Below, piece by piece: positions 35,890 to 47,306 of a stretch of 64,000 nt of DNA (position 1 is its first letter; each line of letters starts with the position of its first letter). The notes under the pieces were generated by a model. The model saw nothing but the letters and a program-made list of their open reading frames with translations, was not told the DNA's origin and made no database searches. Source of the DNA: Macrostomum lignano. Taxonomy: Eukaryota. The position numbers were made by a program, and so were the translations under genes. Location of the stretch: contig NIVC01001066.1 in assembly GCA_002269645.1 (NCBI GenBank), positions 62,001-126,000 of the forward strand, in the 5' to 3' direction.

Positions 35890-37436
35890 GGTGAGAAGAG
35901 TGACCGGGTGAGAGGAGTGACCGGGTGAGAGGAGTGACCGGGTGAGAGGAGTGACCGGGTGAGAGGAGGGACCGAGTGAGAGGAGTGACCGGGTGAGAGG
36001 AGTGACCGAGTGAGAGGAGTGACCGAGTGAGAGGAGTGACCGGGTGAGAGGAGTGACTGGGTGAGAGGAGTGACCGAGTGAGAGGAGTGACCGGGTGAGA
36101 GGAGTGACCGGGTGAGAGGAGTGACCGGGTGAGAGGAGTGACCGGGTGAGAGGAGTGACCGGGTGAGAGGAGTGACCGGGTGAGAGGAGTGACCGGGTGA
36201 GAGGAGTGACCGGGTGAGAGGAGTAACCGGGTGAGAGGAGTGACCAGGTGAGAGGAGTGACCAGGTGAGAGGAGTGAGCGGGTGAGAAGAGTGACCGAGT
36301 GAGAGGAGTGACCGAGTGAGAGGAGTGACCGGGTGAAAGGAGTGACCGGGTGAAAGAAATCACCGGGTGAGAGGAGTGACCGAGTGAGAGGAGTGACTGG
36401 GTGAGAAGAGTGACCGGGTGATAGGAGTGACCGGGTGAGAGGAGTGGTAACCGGGTGAGAGGAGTGACCGAGTGAGAGGAGTGACCGAGTGAGAGGAGTG
36501 ACCGGGTGAAAGGAGTGACCGGGTGAAAGAAATCACCGGGTGAGAGGAGTGACCGGGTGAAAGGAGTGACCGGGTGAAAGAAATCACCGGGTGAGAGGAG
36601 TGACCGAGTGAGAGGAGTGACTGGGTGAGAAGAGTGACCGGGTGATAGGAGTGACCGGGTGAGAGGAGTGGTAACCGGGTGAGAGGAGTGACCGAGTGAG
36701 AGGAGTGACCGAGTGAGAGGAGTGACCGGGTGAAAGGAGTGACCGGGTGAAAGAAATCACCGGGTGAGAGGAGTGACCGATTGAGAGGAGTGACCGAGTG
36801 AGAGGAGTGACCAGGAGAAAGGAGTGACCGAGTGAGAGGAGTGACCGAGTGATAGGAGTGACCGGGTGAGAGGAGTGACCGAGTGAGAGGAGTGACCGAG
36901 TGAGAGGAGTGACCGAGTGATAGGAGTGACCGAGTGAGAGGAGTGACCGAGTGAAAGGAGTGACCGAGTGAGAGGAGTGACCGAGTGAGAGGAGTGACCG
37001 AGTGAGAGGAGTGACCGAGTGAAAGGAATGACCGGGTGAGAGGAGTGACCGAGTGAGAGGAGTGACCGGGTGAGACGAGTGACCGGGTGAAAGGAGTGAC
37101 CGGGTGAGAGGAGTGACTGGGTGAGAGGAGTGACCGAGTGAGAGGAGTGACCGGGTGAGACGAGTGACCGGGTGAAAGGAGTGACCGGGTGAGAGGAGTG
37201 ACTGGGTGAGTAGAGTGACCGAGTGAGAGGAGTGACCGGGTGAGAGGAGTGACCGGGTGAGAGGAGTGACCGAGTGAGAGGAGTGACCGGGTGAGACGAG
37301 TGACCGGGTGAAAGGAGTGACCGGGTGAGAGGAGTGACTGGGTGAGTAGAGTGACCGAGTGAGAGGAGTGACCGGGTGAGAGGAGTGACCGGGTGAGAGG
37401 AGTGACCGGGTGAGAGGAGTGACCGGGTGAGAGGAG
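35890..37436. repeat. 17-bp minisatellite (gagaggagtgaccgggt)
   Basis: About 1.5 kb tandem array with higher-order variant blocks. Confidence 0.95.
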
Positions 37437-38061
37437 TAAGGATTAAGTACGAGTAAGTGGGAAATATTGCGCGAACAGCAAATAAAGATTTAGTGCAACT
37501 GGAAGCGAATCTGATACGGCAAAGAATGCGAGTCGCAATTATCGCTCATCTTTTTTGTCGATTTTGGCAGCAATTCAAATGAATTCTGTTCTATGATGCG
37601 AAGATTATCTACTTTTTGGGATATTAATGAGCCAAAATTATACATTTATTTAATTGGCAGTTTAGTACAGATTACATGTAAAACCCCCGTGAAACATCCC
37701 TAACTTACTTTTCAAACAAACAAACTCGGAATGGGAGCAATGCTTTTCGATAATTAACCAATAGAGGGATTTACACAGACAAGCTAGAGCTGATAATGAC
37801 AAGTAGAAGGATGGGAAACTACGTCTCTTTGAAAATTTCGGGAAGATTTATCAAACTAATGAGTCGAACTGTGCTCATTTTTTCGATTTTTAAGCGCAGG
37901 ACATTCACGTAGGATGTAAAATTTATCATAGAATCCCAATTTTCTAAACAAAAAGCTCCGTGAATGTCCTTCTACTAACGTAGTTTCCATTCCTTCTACT
38001 TGAGCAGTCCTTGGACTACTGCTGAAGTACAGAAAGGGGGGACGCTACTGTAGTCCATGGG

Positions 38062-40050
38062 TCACACTGCCGTGCTGTAGCCCTCGTCGTCTTGAGGATG
38101 CGGCTTGTGCCCGATCCCGGCCGCCGGGCAAGCCACCAAAGGAAGCCGCTGCTGCACCTGCTGCGGCTGCGGCGCCTGCTGCTGCCTTCCATCCGGGATG
38201 CAGTCGTCAACTTTGGAGGCGCGCAAGTAGGTACCCGAGGCTGTCGAAGCCGCGGCGGCTGTACCCGGTGCCGTCGGCGGCCCCTTGGCGATGGTAGCGT
38301 AGAGGTCGCCGTGCAACGGACACGGCCGGGCGGCCGCAGCAGCCGCCGACGCCGAGCCGCCAACTGACGGTGTGGGCCGCGAGCCCGACGGCGTCGGCAG
38401 GGTGGCTGAAGCCGCCGAGGTGCCAGGCGGCTCGTTGCCACCGCAGCCGTGCACCGGACACACCGGAAACAGTTGCCGCGTTGAGTTACCGCCGCCACCG
38501 CCTCCGCCGACTCCGCCGTGAACCGGACACTCGCGATGCAGCTGCAGGGTATATTCAGCCTCCGGATGAGCCGGCGGACGCGGCTGTTTCTTCATCGTCC
38601 GTCGCTCGTTGACGCCAATTTCAATTTGCTCGCCGCCGGCTGAGTAGAATCCGTTCTCTCGAGACTGCAGCAACTGGCTGTAGCCGCGCTGCTGCGGCTG
38701 CTGCTGCTGCTGCTGCTGCTGCTGGTTCGCCTGCAGCTGGTGCTGCTGCAGTTTGCCGTCGCGCTGACGCCGTCTGGACGCCCCTGCCCGGGTGTAGTGA
38801 TAGAAGAACACACCGCCAATCATGAGCGCGCACGTGATGACAACGATGACGCCCACGCTGACCACCGTCACCAGCTTGCGGCTAACCGCCGCCGAACGAG
38901 TCGAGTCAACCGTGACTCGGTGCTCCAGGCTAGCGTTACCGCGACCGTTGGCAACTCTGCACCTGTACAGGCGCGAGTCGCGTGCGGCGGCGCCAACAAT
39001 GGTGAGGCTGGCAACGAAGTTCACCTGGCCGGAGCTGCGCCACATGTGGTAGCGCGGCTGCAGCGGCAGCACGGAGTTGGCCGTCTCGGAGCCGTAAAGC
39101 CACACGACTTGGCCGGGCGGGTCGCTGTAGAAGCTGCAGGACAAGGTGACATTGTCGCCCTCGTTGACCCGATGGACAGTCCTGGTGCTGCTGACCGAGT
39201 CAACGTACACCTCCGGCAGGCACTGGAACTGCGACTCGTGAGTTGTCTCGTCGAACAGGTGCACCCCCGCCATGCCACTGTAGCCGGTGCCCGGGTCGGC
39301 CGGCGGCCCGGCGCACTGCGGACTGCCGGTGACGTTCAGACCGGACCGCTCGCGGTACTGCTTGCCGCGCCAGCGGACCAGCCAGCGCAGCCGGCAGTCG
39401 CAGATCCAAGGATTGTTGGACAGGCTGAGCAGTCGCAGCTGAGAGCCGTCCAAGTTGCTGGCCATGAGGCCTGTGTTTGGCAGGGTCTTCAAGTTGCAGT
39501 TCTGTAGGTCTAGCAGTCGCAGCCGGTGGAGGCCGTTGAAGGCGCCCTCGCGAATGATGAGGCGCACAGTGTGCCGGAGACTGAGTTCGAGCAGGCTGCT
39601 CCGTTGGTACTCGAAGAAGCCGCGGCTGAGCACGACTTCTCCGGGACTGCCGCCCATGTGCAGCACCTGCAGGTTGACCAGCGGCCTCAGAAAGTTGTTG
39701 TTTCGAATGTTCAAATAGTTGTTGGAGATGTCCAGCTTCACCAGCTTCTTCAACGGCTTGAAAGCTCCGTCGGAGATCTGCTCGATCTTGTTTCCGTCAA
39801 GCAGCAGGGTGGTGACGTTCACGTAGCCCGTGAAGGAGTTGTCATGCAGATTGCGGATGAGGTTCCGGCTTAGCAGGAAGTCTTCAACGTCTCGCTCGCT
39901 CGTCATCGAGGGCACGTCTTCGAGTTTGTAGCCGCTGCACACCGCCCGCTGTTTGAGCCGGCCATTGTGCTGGACGTTGACTCTTGAGCACGCGTCCGCT
40001 GCGCCGCTGAATAGCAAAATGAGCGACAGCGGTGGCAGCAACAGCAGCAT
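38062..40050 (-). CDS. Single-exon LRR + Ig type I transmembrane protein (LIG/Kekkon-like), 662 aa
   Basis: Signal peptide (MLLLLPPLSLILLFSG), LRRNT, LRRs ('LxxLdLSxNxL'), LRRCT 'NPWICDCRLRWL', Ig domain ('VTLSCSFYSDPPGQVVW...DSRLYRCRVAN'), TM segment 'VTVVSVGVIVVITCALMIGGVFFY' and a low-complexity tail ending YSTAV. Confidence 0.93.
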   Translation of the reverse strand: MLLLLPPLSLILLFSGAADACSRVNVQHNGRLKQRAVCSGYKLEDVPSMTSERDVEDFLLSRNLIRNLHDNSFTGYVNVTTLLLDGNKIEQISDGAFKPLKKLVKLDISNNYLNIRNNNFLRPLVNLQVLHMGGSPGEVVLSRGFFEYQRSSLLELSLRHTVRLIIREGAFNGLHRLRLLDLQNCNLKTLPNTGLMASNLDGSQLRLLSLSNNPWICDCRLRWLVRWRGKQYRERSGLNVTGSPQCAGPPADPGTGYSGMAGVHLFDETTHESQFQCLPEVYVDSVSSTRTVHRVNEGDNVTLSCSFYSDPPGQVVWLYGSETANSVLPLQPRYHMWRSSGQVNFVASLTIVGAAARDSRLYRCRVANGRGNASLEHRVTVDSTRSAAVSRKLVTVVSVGVIVVITCALMIGGVFFYHYTRAGASRRRQRDGKLQQHQLQANQQQQQQQQQPQQRGYSQLLQSRENGFYSAGGEQIEIGVNERRTMKKQPRPPAHPEAEYTLQLHRECPVHGGVGGGGGGGNSTRQLFPVCPVHGCGGNEPPGTSAASATLPTPSGSRPTPSVGGSASAAAAAARPCPLHGDLYATIAKGPPTAPGTAAAASTASGTYLRASKVDDCIPDGRQQQAPQPQQVQQRLPLVACPAAGIGHKPHPQDDEGYSTAV

Positions 40051-40396
40051 TGCTGTTTTGTCGCGTGTCGAGTGCTTATTTTCTGGGAGCAGAGGAAGAG
40101 CAGATCTGCAACAGGATGAGGCGGGATGGGCGTCGGTTTAGCATAGCCGTCTGAATATAAGCACATTGGCGTATTAATTCCATGCTGGGCTTGGCCAGGA
40201 TTCCCCCTTGCGACCAACCCCCCCCCCCCCACCCTGAGCTGCCTGCCTCTCTCCCCCATCTTCCCGCCTTCCTCCCCGACATCCTCCTATCCAGTCTCCT
40301 TTGCGCCCCCCCCACCCTTGGTGTCGGTCGATGAATCGGTGGCGCGAGAAGTGGCCAGCGGCAGACGGATGAGTCGGGGACCCCGCGCTTAGAGCA

Positions 40397-40399
<3 letters not shown>

Positions 40400-40466
<67 letters not shown>
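40400..40466. repeat. (TG)n microsatellite
   Basis: Directly visible. Confidence 0.95.
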
Positions 40467-40468
<2 letters not shown>

Positions 40469-40861
40469 TGGACCCAGCGGCGTGACCACATGGGCCATAC
40501 AGTGGGGAATCGACGAGTGTCATAGTCGGGCAGCGGGGAGCGGGGTAAGAAAAAGGGATTGGAGTTGGAGCTCAGAGGAAGAATTGAGATCGCGCGAGCA
40601 GAGCGAAGATGGAGCTTTAGCCGGGTTGGGAAGATAGAGAAGTGAGTGGGAGAATGAGAATAAACGGTTTATTGCTAAGCGGTTCCATCCGGCAGATTTT
40701 TTATTATCGCTGCAACCTACTAAGACATCTGAGTCTCACTTCGCTTCACTTGTCTTGTTTTTTATTTCATTTTCAAATTATTTTTTTCTCACGGAAATAT
40801 TTTTCGATACATATAGGCAGTCTATCTCACTTTTACACTTCGGTTTGAGAGAAGTCGTCCA

Positions 40862-41425
40862 ATAATCTATAGATCTAGCTGGATAATCTATAGACCTAGC
40901 TGGATAATCTATAGACCTAGCTGGATAATCTATAGATCTATCTGGATAATCTATAGACCTAGCTGGATAATCTATAGACCTAGCTGGATAATCTATAGAC
41001 CTAGCTGGATAATCTATAGATCTAGCTGGATAATCTATAGATCTAGCTGGATAATCTATATACCAAGCTGGATAATCTATAGATCTATCTGGATAATCTA
41101 TAGACCTAGCTGGATAATCTATAGACCTAGCTGGATAATCTATAGATCTAGCTGGATAATCTATATACCAAGCTGGATAATCTATAGATCTAGCTGAATA
41201 ATCTATAGACCTAGCTGAATAATCTATAGACCTAGCTGGATAATCTATAGATCTTGCTGGATAATCTATAGATCTAGTTGGATAATCTATAGACCTAGCT
41301 GGATAATCTATAGACCTAGCTGGATAATCTATAGATCTAGCTGGATAATCTATAGATTTAACTGGATAGTCTATAGATGTACCTGGATTATCTATAGACC
41401 AAGCTGGATAATCTATAGATCTAGC
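40862..41425. repeat. 21-bp minisatellite (taatctatagacctagctgga)
   Basis: Visible tandem array. Confidence 0.95.
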
Positions 41426-42227
41426 TGGTTAATCGTTAGAATACACTCATTCGCAGTGCTATCCTCAGTAAACAGGCATCCTGATAAACTCAGCCGTGTT
41501 TCACACCGATGTGTCAGTCAATTCTACTCTGGCAAAAGCAGTTTCACCCCGGTTGCTGCTGTTTGTCTGTCAAGCAACTTTCTTTCAAACTTTTTCGCGC
41601 TCTAATGTCCGGATGAAGAAGAAATTGATAGGTTTGGCATGGTTGAGGCAATAAATCCCTGCTGCCTACGCCTAGCCCGTGCGCCATCAATTCCTGTCCA
41701 TCCCACTCTCCCCCTCCCCCATCGCTGTCCCCATCAGCTGGCTGAAATCTTGTCGGCAGATGTAAAAAACACAGCTAAAATTTGTGTGTATTCTCACGCC
41801 CACTGATTCAGTCCAGTCAGTCTAAAAAGAGCGAGAGCGGGATAGGGGAAAGGAGGATGAAAATAAAAGATATTCTCCTCATCTCAGTCAGTGCCCAGCT
41901 GCCGGCGTCTTCTCCAGTTTTTAGTTGAGGCAGGAAAACGCGAATCATCGCCAAATCGAAATTGTTGAAAGGAAATTGGCGGTAATTGGCCAAAGCCACT
42001 CCCTGGTGGCATTGCTGACGGCCCGCATATTCAATGCTCAGAGTCTGTGCTCAGATTGGACTGAACATTCCTTCATTTGTTGGAGAGTTAATTTCGCAAA
42101 TTCAATGCATTTGGATTGAGCAGTCTTTTAGCTTTTTAGCTTTTTGCACTGCTTATTGAGGTCTATCAGAGTTGCAAATGAACATTGTGACTGTGTGACA
42201 GTTGCTGAGTGAACTGAACACTCAACG

Positions 42228-42820
42228 AACTGGAGTGAACTCAATGAGCTGGAGTGAACTCAATGAGCTGGAGTGAACTCAATGAGCTGGAGTGAACTCA
42301 ATGAGCTGGAGTGAACTCAATGAGCTGTTCAGAGTGATCGACTCAATGAGCTGGAGTGAACTCAAATCAGCTGGAGTGAACTTAAATGAGCTGGAGTGAA
42401 CTCAAATCAGCTGGAGTGACCTCAATGAGCTGGAGTGAACTCAAATCAGCTGGAGTGAACTCAAATGAGCTGGAGTGAACTCAAATCAGCTGGAGTGACC
42501 TCAATGAGCTGGAGTGAACTCAAATCAGCTGGAGTGACCTCAATGAGCTGGAGTGAACTCAAATCAGCTGGAGTGAACTCAAATGAGCTGGAGTGAACTC
42601 AAATCAGCTGGAGTGAACTCAAATGAGCTGGAGTGAACTCAATGATCTGGAGTGAACTCAAATCAGCTGGAGTGAACTCAAATCAGCTGGAGTGACCTCA
42701 ATGAGCTGGAGTGAACTAAACGAACTAGAGTGAACTCAATGAACTGGAGTAAACTCAATGAACTGGAGTAAACTCAATGAGCTGGAGTGAACTCAAATGA
42801 GCTGGAGTGAATTAAGAACT
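42228..42820. repeat. 19/20-bp minisatellite (tcaatgagctggagtgaac)
   Basis: Visible tandem array. Confidence 0.95.
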
Positions 42821-43485
42821 CAATGACCTCGAAACATGAAACTATCATTTACACATTATGAAGCACTGTTGTTATTGTTAGCTTTTAATCAACGCCCACC
42901 CCCTTCCAGCGTCCATAGGACCTCTCGCCGCTTGCCTGTTGCTAAATATTTAATTGAGCATTTTTCACAGTACCTGTAGAGAATGCAGAGATGTAAAACC
43001 GTGATGAGTTAGACGCATGAAGCCCTCATGACAGTCGTGGCCACGCTTCCTGACAGGCCATTATATGACTCATCATAGCGAGAAGTTAAGCCAGAGTTAG
43101 TAGCCACTTCATATCTGAGAACTATTGGTAGATAATAGACAGGTAGATAGGTGAGTAACGCCCCCCACATTGAAAGCTAACTGATATAGATCAATCAATC
43201 AATAGTTTAAATGAGCAAGTTTGCAAAGTAATTTAAGTGCACTTTAAGTGCTTGTACGGTTGAATCTTGAATACTTTACTGGAGGCCAATTTTCAATGCA
43301 AATTAATAATTAAAAATGCAAATGAATCCATGTGGCTCAACGATTGTCTATGGCCGAAACCATGTACGGGGGTAGGGCATTGAATTTAAGACATCGAGTA
43401 GACTTGAAAATCAGACTTGAATTCAACTGCTCTGTGTATTAAACTCAATGCTCTATCTGTGCCATAGACAATAGACGGTGTTTCG

Positions 43486-43591
43486 ACCATAGACAAAAGT
43501 AGAAACATTATTTGACTTTGATTGGCAGTGTCTTAAAATGAAACGCTCAAATTTTTGAATTGTTCTTTCTAGACGGAGATTTGTCTATGGT
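43486..43591. mobile_element. Possible miniature inverted-repeat element with 12-bp TIR accatagacaaa / tttgtctatggt
   Basis: Perfect 12-bp inverted repeat 106 bp apart; no convincing TSD. Confidence 0.35.
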
Positions 43592-44710
43592 AAAACTATA
43601 TTTGGTTTGATCACAGGGTATTGTTATAGGGTAGATTTGTAGCGACCTTCTGGATGCATACTTTAAATATGATGAATAAATGATAAAGACTTGCGATTAG
43701 CTCACCGGAACCGGAACTCCGAACCAGGAGCTGGGAACTGCGGTCTACGGTCCAAAGAATTTCAGTCGAACTTGGGCAAACTTGGGCAGGCAACTGCTTT
43801 TTAAAGAGGAAGAAATAATGTTATTCTTACTGAACTATTCAGGCCAGTTGTTGGAAAGTCTTCTTCCTTCGCTTTCTCTATCCCTCTCTCTCTCTCTCTC
43901 TAGTTATCCTTGCCAACTATGGGGATATTTCTACTTTGAGGGGGTCCCCCCCCAGTTCCACTGACCCATGGCCCACAGTCCAGCCCTACTATTGGTTGGC
44001 ATCTGTCCACCCTGCTGAATCGTCTCGTCTGTAGGCTGAGGGTGCGGATAGTTAGTAGCCCCGGCTTATTCTTATATTATTCATCTTTCAGTAACCATTC
44101 GACCTTATTCGTGGCTTCCATAAACTCCTGGGTTACGAGATCAGCTTAACAAGATACTTGCGCTGGGAAGAAAAGCGCATTGTCTATGTAGCAATGATGT
44201 CTTTTTTGCCCTCCCCCCACCCGACTGTTATCGATTCCGAACTAGGGAAGAAACTGCATGGGGAAGTTTTATTTAGCTGGTCGCCTACCTGAATAGCAAC
44301 TGGCGCGACAGGCTTTAGGAGAGAAATTCGATATTGCAGCTGAGGGTCGGGGGGGGGGGATGGCAGGTCCGGCATTCCATTCGAGTATTCACTGCCGGCC
44401 CCATGCACCAGCTTACTAGATATCGGGCTCCTTTTTACAATCTTGATACGATCGGCACTAGGCCAAGGCTTGAACACTGAACTTCACTGGCTCTTGGTCA
44501 AGCGTTAAGAAATAATCAAGTACATCGGGTGGGGGACAGAGCTTGCTCTAAAGTAAAATAAATGGCTACTGTCACTTGACTTTAAGCAATTTTAAGTACG
44601 TGTCATTCTTTACTTGGTTGTCTTTTAAACCAGAGAGAAGAACCTTAAACAGTTGTTGTGGCTTGTAGTCTGTGGTAGAGGTGCAGCTTGGAATTGCGAG
44701 CTGTCTGCTT

Positions 44711-46277
44711 GATTGGCTTTATTGTCTATGGCCGAGTGCAGTTCTGCTGCAGTAAGTGGCTTTGATTGGCTTTATTGTCTATGGCCGAGTGCAGTTCTGC
44801 GGCAGTAAGTGGCTTTGATTGGCTTTATTGTCTATGGCCGAGTGCAGTTCTGCTGCAGTAAGTGGCTTTGATTGGCTTTATTGTCTATGGCCGAGTGCAG
44901 TTCTGCTGCAGTAAGTGGCTTTGATTGGCTTTATTGTCTATGGCCGAGTGCAGTTCTGCGGCAGTAAGTGGCTTTGATTGGCTTTATTGTCTATGGCCGA
45001 GTGCAGTTCTGCTGCAGTAAGTGGCTTTGATTGGCTTTATTGTCTATGGCCGAGTGCAGTTCTGCGGCAGTAAGTGGCTTTGATTGGCTTTATTGTCTAT
45101 GGCCGAGTGCAGTTCTGCTGCAGTAAGTGGCTTTGATTGGCTTTATTGTCTATGGCCGAGTGCAGTTCTGCTGCAGTAAGTGGCTTTGATTGGCTTTATT
45201 GTCTATGGCCGAGTGCAGTTCTGCTGCAGTAAGTGGCTTTGATTGGCTTTATTGTCTATGGCCGAGTGCAGTTCTGCTGCAGTAAGTGGCTTTGATTGGC
45301 TTTATTGTCTATGGCCGAGTGCAGTTCTGCTGCAGTAAGTGGCTTTGATTGGCTTTATTGTCTATGGCCGAGTGCAGTTCTGCTGCAGTAAGTGGCTTTG
45401 ATTGGCTTTATTGTCTATGGCCGAGTGCAGTTCTGCTGCAGTAAGTGGCTTTGATTGGCTTTATTGTCTATGGCCGAGTGCAGTTCTGCGGCAGTAAGTG
45501 GCTTTGATTAGCTTTATTGTCTATGGCCGAGTGCAGTTATGCGGCAATCAGTGGCTTTGATTGGCTTTATTGTCTATGGCCGAGTGCAGTTCTGCTGCAG
45601 TAAGTGGCTTTGATTGGCTTTATTGTCTATGGCCGAGTGCAGTTCTGCTGCAGTAAGTGGCTTTGATTGGCTTTATTGTCTATGGCCGAGTGCAGTTCTG
45701 CTGCAGTAAGTGGCTTTGATTGGCTTTATTGTCTATGGCCGAGTGCAGTTATGCGGCAATCAGTGGCTTTGATTGGCTTTATTGTCTATGGCCCAGTGCA
45801 GTTCTGCGGCAGTAAGTGGCTTTGATTGGCTTTATTGTCTATGGCCGAGTGCAGTTCTGCTGCAGTCAGTGGCTTTGATTGGCTTTATTGTCTATGGCCG
45901 AGTGCAGTTCTGCTGCAGTAAGTGGCTTTGATTGGCTTTATTGTCTATGGCCGAGTGCAGTTCTGCGCAGTAAGTGGCTTTGATTGGCTTTATTGTCTAT
46001 GGCCGAGTGCAGTTCTGCTGCAGTAAGTGGCTTTGATTGGCTTTATTGTCTATGGCCAAGTGCAGTTCTGCGGCAGTCAGTGGCTTTGATTGGCTTTATT
46101 GTCTATGGCCGAGTGCAGTTCTGCTGCAGTAAGTGGCTTTGATTGGCTTTATTGTCTATGGCCGAGTGCAGTTCTGTGGCAGTCAGTGGCTTTGATTGGC
46201 TTTATTGTCTATGGCCGAGTGCAGTTCTGCTGCAGTAAGTGGCTTTGATTGGCTTTATTGTCTATGGCCGAGTGCAG
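44711..46277. repeat. 53-bp satellite (tgattggctttattgtctatggccgagtgcagttctgctgcagtaagtggctt), ~29 copies
   Basis: Highly homogeneous head-to-tail array with no spacers. Confidence 0.97.
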
Positions 46278-47031
46278 GATCGCCAGAATGATGGAAAAGT
46301 GAAAAGTTAGATTTGAACTGGGAGTCAACTTTTGCTGTTGAAAGGCTGCCTTCAACCCCCGTAGCGACAGATTAATCGATGAAGTAAGCGAGGCGAGAGT
46401 CGAGAAACTGGATGTTGGAGGGGAGCCTATGATGCCTGAATTATGCATGTCAGATGAGGCCTTGACACTTTGCTAGCATCAGCAAACTCCGACAATCCCA
46501 ACTGAGGTGCCGAGACTCGAACCCCTAGATGGCGAGCTCTCTTCGACAGCTGTTCAAATTTCGTCGAATTCTCGATGAGTCAGTTGAGAGAACAGAGTAG
46601 GACAGACGCTCGGGGGGATTACCGCCAGAGATTAGAGAGGAAAGAGGGAATGAAGGAAAATACAAAGACGTCGAGTGGTTTTGAGCTGGAGAACAAGTCC
46701 GCCTGATCAATCTGATGGAGCATTAGAAAATGCCAGGCCACGGCAGCTGAAGTAGACGTGGCTAAAGTGAGAGGAGAGCGACCGAGCCATTTAAACTGAG
46801 TGGAGACTCCTCTTCTCCCCCATGGGAGGCGGCAAATCAAACGAAGTTTTAGAGCCATTATTTTAGAAGTTTGTAAAAGAGTTTACAAAATCTTTAGGAG
46901 CAGAGCGTTACGCTTCAAGGCATGACTTGGAAAACTTGAGATAAACTTAATACGATCTTAAATCCGGGTTTAGGTACAAAAAGCCAAGGATTACTTTATT
47001 AATAAGTAATAATTGATTACACCTGTCGTGT

Positions 47032-47306
47032 CCTAATGGCCAGATGTGCAACCGACAGCTCAGCCGCAGCTATTGCGCGGCGCATCTGAAGGCTGCGTAC
47101 GGCTGTTCAGTCCAAGGACTGGGGGGTCGCCACACACCCTCAATTACCCCAGCTAAAGCTGGCACCCATTTTACAGCTGGGTGAACTGAAGCAATGCAGA
47201 GTTGAGTGTCTTGCTCAAGGACACAAATTGTTCCGAGTGGGTCAAGAATCGAACCCCTGACTTTTCAGTCGTGAGTCCGACGCTCTAACCACTAGGCTGC
47301 AACCCC
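47032..47306 (-). mobile_element. tRNA-derived SINE, copy 2 (more complete)
   Basis: The minus strand reads ggggttgcagcctagtggttagagcgtcggactcacgactgaaaagtcaggggttcgattc (A and B boxes), then tgtgtccttgagcaagacac and gttcacccagctgtaaaatgggt. The 3' body is shared with 6880-7128. Confidence 0.88.

Noticed and set aside
4717-37436. Repetitive ORFs ([37 protein letters not shown] and similar)
   Set aside because: Translations of minisatellites, mostly intronic relative to the reconstructed genes.
44184-44477. 97-aa minus ORF with plausible splice sites
   Set aside because: No recognisable domain and no partner exons.
44711-46277. CRISPR-like regular array
   Set aside because: Head-to-tail repeats with no unique spacers, eukaryotic context and no cas genes; the same applies to all other arrays.
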